Below, piece by piece: positions 56,776 through 64,000 of a stretch of DNA of 64,000 nt (within the stretch, counting starts at the first letter, position 1; every line of letters starts with the position of its first letter). Below the pieces are notes generated by a model. The model did not search any database and was not told where the DNA came from. It saw only the letters and a list, made by a program, of their open reading frames with translations. The stretch is from positions 488-64,487 of the forward strand of contig JANXCE010000008.1 of the NCBI GenBank assembly GCA_025059715.1, given 5' to 3'. Made by a program: the position numbers and the translations under genes. The DNA is from Caldimicrobium sp. GTDB taxonomy: Bacteria > Desulfobacterota > Thermodesulfobacteria > Thermodesulfobacteriales > Thermodesulfobacteriaceae.

Positions 56776-57226
56776 TTCTACCTTCCTCTAAATAGGGATT
56801 AATTGCCCCTAAAATTTCCTCAAAGGAAGCCTTAATGTCGTTAAAGCGCTCTTCAAGCCTCCGGGGATTCCAGATTTCAAAATAGTTAAGCATTCCAAGG
56901 AGGATAACCTCCCTATCTACCTCAATCTCTGACCTCAAAGATTGTGGTAAAAGAAGCCTTCCTTGCTTGTCTGGCTCAATCTCCTCTGCAGACCCAAGAA
57001 AGTATCTAAGAAAGTCTCGCCCAGCCTTAGCCGAAAAGGGAATCTTAAGTAAAGCCTCTTCAATTTTCTTCCACTCCACTATGGGATAAACAACTAAGCA
57101 CTCAGGAAGATTAGTTACCACTAACACCTCTGAGCCATATTTCACCCTTAAGATCTCTCTAAATTTAGAAGGAAGACTGATTCTTCCCTTCTCATCCAAC
57201 GAATGTTTGAACTTTCCCCTAAACAT
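56762..57226 (-). CDS. mraZ: Transcriptional regulator MraZ
   Basis: MFRGKFKHSLDEKGRISLP, DKQGRLLLP, FEIWN; start ATG 57226. Confidence 0.96.
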   Translation of the reverse strand: MFRGKFKHSLDEKGRISLPSKFREILRVKYGSEVLVVTNLPECLVVYPIVEWKKIEEALLKIPFSAKAGRDFLRYFLGSAEEIEPDKQGRLLLPQSLRSEIEVDREVILLGMLNYFEIWNPRRLEERFNDIKASFEEILGAINPYLEEGRTAAS

Positions 57227-57231
57227 TCCTT

Positions 57232-57256
57232 CCACTTTTTTCCACTTTATACCACT
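57232..57256 (-). promoter_or_regulatory. MraZ operator: three GTGG boxes at 10-bp period
   Basis: Minus strand AGTGGTATAA-AGTGGAAAAA-AGTGGAAGGA-ATG. Confidence 0.85.
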
Positions 57257-57258
57257 AA

Positions 57259-57286
57259 ATAATATTGGAGTAAATAAAAAAGTCAA
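57259..57286 (-). promoter_or_regulatory. Candidate dcw promoter TTGACT-N16-TATTAT
   Basis: Hexamers at 57286-57281 and 57264-57259, immediately upstream of the MraZ boxes. Confidence 0.6.
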
Positions 57287-57329
57287 GGGAAAAAAAGAAA
57301 TTAAAGCTTAGGTTTAAATGGAAAAAGGG

Positions 57330-58290
57330 AAGGAGTTTCTTGGATTAGAATTAAGAAGTAATATTTCCTTTAGTTTGGGCAGTCTCCCTTATCCTTTCAC
57401 TAACTCCCTCTGTATCCTAAAACAGGGCTATCAATTTTTCTGTCATATGCCTTATAAAATTGGCTTGCTCTTCACCAATTATCATCTTATCTTTTACTCA
57501 TAAAATTTAGTCAGACACTCTATTAACCATAGTTGTTTGCTCTGCTCCTCTCCCGTAATAGTGGTAAAGGCATTCTCCACTTTATTTATCAAGTTTATAT
57601 ATCAACCTAACAATGCTCTCTACACCCTGTGAAACCTCTTTACTACTCCCTTGTAATAAGTAAATTTTTTCAGAAATAATCTTAGTTGCATCCTGAGTCT
57701 GGCGAGCAGGCTCCTCCACTTCACTAGTAACTCCTGTAAAGCCCTTCCCTACCTCTCCAGCTCGTGGAGCCTCAACAGAGACATTTAATGCTAAGAGGTT
57801 AGTTTGGTCCCTTACATTGTTTATCAGGTTTACTACTTCGTCTATCTCTGAAGTTGTTTTAATAAAACCTACATCTTCCCTTGAGTGCCGGATACAGCCT
57901 CTATCGTGTCTCCAACCAAAAGGGTGCTCACCTTGGCACTTCTTGCTATTTCTGTTATCGCAGAGGATGACTCTTGAAGAGAGATATGACAATAAAATCT
58001 GCCTTTTCCTTAAATTCTTGACTCATTTCCTCAAATTGTGTTGTCTCCATAGTTAGAATCTCTGTTTCATTGAAAAAGACCTTTACCTAAGAACGCCTCC
58101 TCCCTTGGCTAAAGAAGCTCTTGCCTCCCTGGTTAAAGTTAAACTCTAAGAGTATCTATTAAAACTAAGTGTAAGGGCAAAAGTAAAAAGGATTAATAAA
58201 GGAGTGATTATTAATCAGCATAAACCATAGCTCAACTTTATCCCTAATCATCATTTCAAATTTTTCAAAATTTTTCCTATTTCTATCATT
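57330..58290 (-). pseudogene. Methyl-accepting chemotaxis protein pseudogene
   Basis: DQTNLLALNVSVEAPRAGEVGKGFTGV (decayed signalling hairpin); flanking TM-like and helical pieces broken by stops; outer boundaries approximate. Confidence 0.8.
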
Positions 58291-58568
58291 AACTATCCCT
58301 AAATCTCCTTCCTCCTTAAGTAAAAATAAATTATACCTCTTTTACCCTTGAATTATCAGCAAAAATTAAAAACCTCTAAAAGGGCAGTTCTTCCCTGTAG
58401 CTCTATACCTTCCTTTAAACCCAACTTGGATGCCCCAATTCTACTTTTTAAATTTCTTTTCTTGAAAGACACAATTAAGTATAAGAAGAAGATAATTATT
58501 AAATCTTCTATTTCCGTTAAATCCTCCCCAAATTTAAGAAATCTTTGTTCAGGACAGAGTTCTGCAAG

Positions 58569-59123
58569 CTAAATCACAATCACCAAAGCTACAGCTCCCA
58601 CTAAAGGTATCCAAAGATTATCTCTTTTAGTGAAAAGTTCCGTTAAAGTAATAATCACGGATACAACAATGGATTTTGAAATGTCAAGAGTTAACATAAC
58701 CCAAAGTAAAGCCAGCGAAGTTATGAAGAAAGCTAAGGCTCCCTCTAAAGACTTACCATTGAGAAGTCTTACTCGCCCATGGGTTCTTCCCACCATCTCA
58801 GCTATTAAATCCGCAAGCCCTAATATAAGAATTAAAACTCCTAATTCTTTTCCTTTGACTATAAAACTTGCTCCAAAAATTCCCAAAAGAAAGAAAGTTC
58901 CGTCACTGAGATTTCGCTCTTCCTCTTTTTTTAGAAGAGAGTTCCAAAAGGTCCTAAAGGGTAAATGTTGAGGTAATTTGAGTCTGAGTGCCTCCCAAAG
59001 CAATACAATAAAGAGAGCAATTATAATTGCTGTCCCCACAAAGGGGGACCAATAAACACACATCCAATAGAACACCAGAGAAGACAATACATGGATGGCC
59101 TTTCTCTTCCAATTTATTCCCAT
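58569..59123 (-). CDS. Polyprenol/phytol/diacylglycerol kinase-like membrane protein (CTP-dependent family)
   Basis: [32 protein letters not shown]...DNLWIP. Confidence 0.8.
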   Translation of the reverse strand: MGINWKRKAIHVLSSLVFYWMCVYWSPFVGTAIIIALFIVLLWEALRLKLPQHLPFRTFWNSLLKKEEERNLSDGTFFLLGIFGASFIVKGKELGVLILILGLADLIAEMVGRTHGRVRLLNGKSLEGALAFFITSLALLWVMLTLDISKSIVVSVIITLTELFTKRDNLWIPLVGAVALVIVI

Positions 59124-60661
59124 TCAATAGTGGCTGGAGGTTTAGAAGAAATGTCATATACTACCCTATTAACCCCTCTTACTTCATTAATGATGCGATT
59201 AGAGATTCTGGCAAGGAGATCATAGGGAAGTCTCACCCAATCCGCGGTCATGGCATCTTGGCTTTCCACAACTCTAATTGCTACCACGTATTCATATGTT
59301 CGCTCATCTCCCATCACACCCACAGTTTTCACGGGTAAAAGCACTGCAAAACTCTGCCAAACCCGATAATACCACTCAGAAGCAAGCATCTCCTCTGTAA
59401 CTATAGCATCTGCTTCTCTTAAAATAGCAAGCTTTTCTTCGGTAATTTCACCCAGAATTCTCACTGCAAGGCCAGGACCTGGAAAAGGCTGTCTCCAAAT
59501 AATCCTTTTAGGGAGTCCGAGAACTTCAGCGATCTTTCTTACTTCATCCTTGAAGAGCTCTCTTAGGGGCTCTATCAGTTGGAGATGCATCTTTTCGGGT
59601 AGTCCTCCCACATTGTGGTGGCTTTTAATTCTAGCAGAGGGTCCCTTAAAAGAAACACTCTCTATTACATCAGGATAGAGCGTCCCCTGAGCTAAATATC
59701 TGACTCCTTCATACTCCATGGCTTTCTTTTCAAAAACTTCAATAAAGGTCTCTCCTATAATCTTTCTCTTAAGCTCAGGATCCGAAATCCCTTTGAGTCT
59801 CTCTAAGAAAAGCTTACTTGCATCCACATAATCTAATTTTAAACCAAGCCCTTGCATAAGCTCAAGGACCTCGGTCCCTTCGCCCTTGCGCAAGAGCCCA
59901 TTGTCTACAAAAACCGAAATTAATCTATCTCCAATGGCTCTGTGCACTAATAGAGCAGTAACTGTGGAATCGATACCACCTGAAAGGGCACATATTACCC
60001 TCTCCTCGGGCTTCACTAAATTTCTAATCTCCTCAACTGTGGCTTCAATAAACGAGGGCATAGTCCAGGATTCTGAACATCCACAGATCTCAAAAACAAA
60101 GTTTCTCAAAAGCTCTTTTCCGATTTCTGTGTGCACTACCTCAGGATGGAATTGCACTCCATAAAGCGCCTTCTCCTCTTGAGCTATTACCGCATAGGGA
60201 GTGTTTGAGGTCCGGGCTAAAGTTTTGAAATCAGGAGGTAATTGCTCTATTCTATCACTGTGGCTCATCCAGACCTGATATTGCTTATTCAGAGATAATC
60301 CTTTAAAAAGTGGAGAATTGGCTATAATTTCCAGTTGAACGGGGCCAAATTCTCTTTTGATACTCCTTTCAACCTTTCCTCCTAAAACTTGGGCCATAAG
60401 TTGAGCACCGTAACAAATTCCTAAAACCGGAATACCTAACTCAAATAGTGCCCTATCAACCGTTGGAGCTCCCTCATCATACACGCTGGCTGGACCACCA
60501 GAGAGAATTATTCCCTTAGGATTGAAAGCCTCAATTTCTTCCAGGGTCACAAAACAGGGCTTAATTTCACTATAAACCGATAATTCCCTTATTCTTCTGG
60601 CTATGAGCTGAGTAGTCTGGGAACCAAAGTCAATAACAAGAATCTTCTCCGGATGTTCCAC
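59114..60661 (-). CDS. guaA: GMP synthase (glutamine-hydrolysing)
   Basis: [51 protein letters not shown]. Confidence 0.99.
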   Translation of the reverse strand: MEHPEKILVIDFGSQTTQLIARRIRELSVYSEIKPCFVTLEEIEAFNPKGIILSGGPASVYDEGAPTVDRALFELGIPVLGICYGAQLMAQVLGGKVERSIKREFGPVQLEIIANSPLFKGLSLNKQYQVWMSHSDRIEQLPPDFKTLARTSNTPYAVIAQEEKALYGVQFHPEVVHTEIGKELLRNFVFEICGCSESWTMPSFIEATVEEIRNLVKPEERVICALSGGIDSTVTALLVHRAIGDRLISVFVDNGLLRKGEGTEVLELMQGLGLKLDYVDASKLFLERLKGISDPELKRKIIGETFIEVFEKKAMEYEGVRYLAQGTLYPDVIESVSFKGPSARIKSHHNVGGLPEKMHLQLIEPLRELFKDEVRKIAEVLGLPKRIIWRQPFPGPGLAVRILGEITEEKLAILREADAIVTEEMLASEWYYRVWQSFAVLLPVKTVGVMGDERTYEYVVAIRVVESQDAMTADWVRLPYDLLARISNRIINEVRGVNRVVYDISSKPPATIEWE

Positions 60662-61131
60662 TATCTCTTACTCCTCCTAAATAGTATTATACCAACAATA
60701 AATAAAAGGATCAAAATACCAATAAGGGCCATTTCATATAAATAATATCGCATTCTATCGGCCACGAAAACTGTTGGATGAGAGATCTCAAAAGAAAGAA
60801 TAAGCAACCTTCTAACTAAAGCGGTTATCGCAACTAAAATAAAGGGCTCTACACACCTCACCGCGCTCTCCTCTGTTAAGGCAACAGTAACCGTATAGAA
60901 AATTTCCAAAAAAATAAGAGATATAAGAATTTTATCCAAGAACTTAATAGCCCCTTCTGAAAAATTAGAAGTTTTATAAAGACCAACAAGAACGACCAAT
61001 CCATCAATCATGACAATAATAAAACCTATAATGAGACCTAAGGCTACCAAATAATAGAGATACTCCTCCAAATTGTTAAGAAATTCTCTAACCTTAAAGC
61101 GAATCTTTTGTGATTTATCCTCTCTATTCAT
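60661..61131 (-). CDS. PsiE-family membrane protein
   Basis: [24 protein letters not shown]; four TM segments. Confidence 0.75.
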   Translation of the reverse strand: MNREDKSQKIRFKVREFLNNLEEYLYYLVALGLIIGFIIVMIDGLVVLVGLYKTSNFSEGAIKFLDKILISLIFLEIFYTVTVALTEESAVRCVEPFILVAITALVRRLLILSFEISHPTVFVADRMRYYLYEMALIGILILLFIVGIILFRRSKR

Positions 61132-61691
61132 AGCTCCCTCAGGGAATTTATCCTGCTCATCGCTTTGCTAAAGCCTAAAAAAAGTATTTCCTCTAAAGCT
61201 TCTTGAGCTTTCTCGATAACTCGGTTCACAAAGGGAACTTCCTCCTCTCTAAAGGGAGATAACACATACTCTTTAACCTCTTGATCCTTAGGTCTACCTA
61301 TACCCAGTTTCATCCTTGGAAAGTCTTCTGAACCTAAGGCTTCTATTATAGAAATCACCCCTCTATGGCCCCCTGCACCTCCCTTGGGAACCACTTTAAT
61401 CCTCCCCAGAGGAAGATCTAAATCATCGTGAATAACCAAAAGATGTTGGGGTGAGATTTCAAAGTTTTTGAGTATCTTTACCACTGCTCTCCCAGATAGA
61501 TTCATATATGTTTGAGGCTTCACCAGCAGAGCTTTACTTCTATAAAAGGCTATATCCGCCTCCAAATGAGGTGAAAACTCAAAACTAAGTCCCTTTTTTT
61601 TAGCATAAGCATCTAACACCAAAAACCCAAAATTATGCCTGGTGTTTTGATACTCCTTGCCTGGATTTCCAAGACCGCAAAAAATCCACAC
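61128..61691 (-). CDS. pth: Peptidyl-tRNA hydrolase
   Basis: GLGNPG, TRHNFGF, KPQTYMNLSG, HDDLDL, GGHRG. Confidence 0.97.
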   Translation of the reverse strand: MWIFCGLGNPGKEYQNTRHNFGFLVLDAYAKKKGLSFEFSPHLEADIAFYRSKALLVKPQTYMNLSGRAVVKILKNFEISPQHLLVIHDDLDLPLGRIKVVPKGGAGGHRGVISIIEALGSEDFPRMKLGIGRPKDQEVKEYVLSPFREEEVPFVNRVIEKAQEALEEILFLGFSKAMSRINSLREL

Positions 61692-61708
61692 TGGTTAAAG
61701 GTATTCCT

Positions 61709-62302
61709 TTAAGAAGAGGTGCTCTCCGCAGTCTCCTCCTCTTCTTCGGCAACCACTGTAACCACCGTCTCTTCAGGATGATCCTTTATTTTAACATTTA
61801 AAGGAGCCTTTATGTCCTTTACATGGAGACTATCTCCAATATCAAGATGACTAATGTCTACCACTATTTTGTCGGGAATATCTTTAGGAAGACATTCCAC
61901 GGTAAGCTCATGAATCATAATTTCAAGAATTCCGCCTTTAGTTAATCCAACAGGTTTTCCAACAAACTCAATAGGAACCTCAAGTTCTATTGTCTCTCCC
62001 TCTTCAATAGCCTGAAAGTCAAGATGAATAAAACGGTCAGTGACAGGATGGCGTTGAAACTCCTTTAACACCGCTTGCCTCTTAAAGGTTTCTCCATCAG
62101 TAAATTCCAAGGTATAGACTATCGCCTCTCCTTTGTAGCGATTATATAACTTTTCAAATTCCGAATACAATACCGCAAAGGGTAGACTTTCGAGATCCTT
62201 CCCATACAAAATAGCGGGAATATAGCCCTTTTTTCTTAACTTTTTAGCGGTCTCCTTTCCAGTTTTCTCTCTTCTCTCCACCTTTAGGGTTACCTGTCTC
62301 AT
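61709..62302 (-). CDS. rplY: 50S ribosomal protein L25/Ctc
   Basis: GYIPAILYG, QRHPV, IHLDF, IGDSLHVKD. Confidence 0.95.
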   Translation of the reverse strand: MRQVTLKVERREKTGKETAKKLRKKGYIPAILYGKDLESLPFAVLYSEFEKLYNRYKGEAIVYTLEFTDGETFKRQAVLKEFQRHPVTDRFIHLDFQAIEEGETIELEVPIEFVGKPVGLTKGGILEIMIHELTVECLPKDIPDKIVVDISHLDIGDSLHVKDIKAPLNVKIKDHPEETVVTVVAEEEEETAESTSS

Positions 62303-62324
62303 AGAAAGCCTCCTCTTACTTAAT

Positions 62325-63272
62325 TTATATAAAAAGTGAACTTATAGAGTCATCGGTATGTATACGCCTAATTGCCTCTCCCAGAAGATTGGCCACACTC
62401 AATACCTTTATCTTCTCAAGTTTTTTGGCTTCCTCTCTCAAGGGAATGGTATCACTCACAATTAAGGCTTTAAGAGGAGAAGAGGCTATTTTCTCTATGG
62501 CATTTCCGGAGAGAACTGGATGAGTGGCTATTGCATAGACCTCCTTGGCTCCTCTGTCTAAAAGAGCTTCCGCAGCCTTACAAATGGTTCCCGCAGTATC
62601 CACCATATCATCAATAATCAGAGCCACTTTGTCTTTAACATCTCCTATAATATTCATAACTTCACTTTCGTTAGGGCGCGGTCTTCTCTTATCTACTATA
62701 GCCATACCCACGTTTAATCTTTTAGCATACTCTCTTGCTCTTTCTACCCCTCCAGCATCGGGTGAGACCACCAAAAGCTCCTCTTTGTAAAAATTATCCT
62801 TAATGTATTGAATAAAGACTGGCATAGCATAGAGGTGATCCACAGGAATATCAAAGAATCCCTGAATTTGACCCGCATGAAGATCCATAGTTAAAACTCT
62901 TCTTGCCCCAGCCACTACTATAAGGTTAGCCACCAATTTTGCAGAAATTGGGGTTCTTGGGGCAGTTTTTCGATCTTGCCTTGCATATCCATAGTAGGGT
63001 ATCACTGCAGTAATTCTTCTTGCAGAGGCCCGCCTTAACGCATCTATCATTATCAATAATTCCATCAGATTCTCATTAACAGGAGTGCATGTGGGTTGAA
63101 CAACAAAAACATCCGCACCCCGAACATTCTCTTCTATCTCTACAAAGAGTTCTCCGTCACTAAATCTTCTAAGAGTACTATGCCCTAAGGGAGTGGCTAA
63201 ATATTTACAAATTTTGGTGGCAAGTTCTATGTTTGCAGAACCCGAGAAGATCTTCAGGTGATTCAAAAACAT
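62325..63272 (-). CDS. prs: Ribose-phosphate pyrophosphokinase
   Basis: [43 protein letters not shown]. Confidence 0.99.
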   Translation of the reverse strand: MFLNHLKIFSGSANIELATKICKYLATPLGHSTLRRFSDGELFVEIEENVRGADVFVVQPTCTPVNENLMELLIMIDALRRASARRITAVIPYYGYARQDRKTAPRTPISAKLVANLIVVAGARRVLTMDLHAGQIQGFFDIPVDHLYAMPVFIQYIKDNFYKEELLVVSPDAGGVERAREYAKRLNVGMAIVDKRRPRPNESEVMNIIGDVKDKVALIIDDMVDTAGTICKAAEALLDRGAKEVYAIATHPVLSGNAIEKIASSPLKALIVSDTIPLREEAKKLEKIKVLSVANLLGEAIRRIHTDDSISSLFI

Positions 63273-63284
63273 CAATTTCCCTCC

Positions 63285-63998
63285 TTAGCATTCCAGGTTT
63301 TTCGCCAGATATATTTTAACATTTTTTAGGGAATTTTTTAGTCTGAGTAGACCTTCAAAGGGTGGATTTTCAAAAACCCCATAAATAGTAGAGCCTGTTC
63401 CAGAGAGACTAACCGCCTTAGCACCCTCCTCAAAGAGCAACCTTTCTATGTTATCATATAGGGGGTAGAACTTTTTATAAATAAGGTCTCTAAAATCATT
63501 AATTAGACCTTGAGGGGTTTCCCAAGGTGGTAAGGAGGTTTCATAATAAACAGGATTTTTAGATTTTGTCAAGTTCAAGTTTTGATAGGCCCAGGCAGTT
63601 TCAACCTTAAAGTTTGGATAGATTAGCACATAGTAGGCGTCAAAATTAGGAAAGGGTGTAAGAACTTCTCCAATACCAGTAGCCAAAGCACAGGGTAGAT
63701 CACTGAGAAAAAAAGGCACATCTGCTCCAAGCTTAAGGGCTAAGGCAAAGACTTCTTTTTCCTCAACTTCGTAAAATTTACTAAGAGCCCGCAATAGAGT
63801 TCCCGCATTACTGCTACCTCCACCAAGCCCTGCTCCTACAGGAATTCGCTTTCTTACCCATATCTTGATCTCTTCCTTCAGGGAAAATCTCTCTTTAAAA
63901 AGCCTCCAAGCCTTGTAGATGAGATTCCTCTCTAAAGGTATCTCCTCCTCACTCTCAAATTTTAAAGTAAATTCCCTCTGTTTAACTTTGAGTTCAAT
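63285..63998 (-). CDS. ispE: 4-diphosphocytidyl-2-C-methyl-D-erythritol kinase (5' end outside the window)
   Basis: Frame stays open from 63794 to the window edge and contains RKRIPVGAGLGGGSSNA; LGADVPFF and SLSGTGS downstream. Confidence 0.95.
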   Translation of the reverse strand: MELKVKQREFTLKFESEEEIPLERNLIYKAWRLFKERFSLKEEIKIWVRKRIPVGAGLGGGSSNAGTLLRALSKFYEVEEKEVFALALKLGADVPFFLSDLPCALATGIGEVLTPFPNFDAYYVLIYPNFKVETAWAYQNLNLTKSKNPVYYETSLPPWETPQGLINDFRDLIYKKFYPLYDNIERLLFEEGAKAVSLSGTGSTIYGVFENPPFEGLLRLKNSLKNVKIYLAKNLEC

Positions 63999-64000
63999 TT

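Noticed and set aside
63276-63284. tRNA-Gln often found between ispE and prs
   Set aside because: The gap is 9-12 nt; no tRNA here, and none was recognised elsewhere in the window

Overview
AT-rich chromosomal window from an anaerobic, probably thermophilic bacterium. Gene content and style suggest Thermodesulfobacteriaceae; that assignment is inference. It is mostly housekeeping. In order: a 1408-aa double-activase protein of the PlsA/Ger (plasmalogen/ether-lipid) type; the Fo half of a split ATP synthase operon; hypCD and a HybO/HybC-like [NiFe]-hydrogenase with a cytochrome b; a sigma54 nitrogen-assimilation island (NifA-like activator, glnA, porin, nadE, three-part glutamate synthase); rsmE, mtaD, acs, riboflavin and trp genes; the dcw cluster; and guaA-pth-rplY-prs-ispE. 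Several features lie outside the ORF track. (1) A deletion scar fuses a frameshifted nifA paralogue to the last ~65 codons of an ammonium transporter. (2) There is a decayed MNT-HEPN toxin-antitoxin pair. (3) There are three eroded IS481-like copies. Two of them flank a cassette made of a CRISPR-leader-like region, a spacer-less degenerate CRISPR repeat cluster with a built-in anti-repeat, and an Rpn-family nuclease gene with a perfect internal Shine-Dalgarno/ATG. (4) The dcw cluster has no ftsW, and its ftsI-position gene has lost all transpeptidase catalytic motifs. (5) rsmH can only be full length with a CTG start. No rRNA, tRNA or cas genes were seen. All family assignments are by motif recognition; no database search was run.
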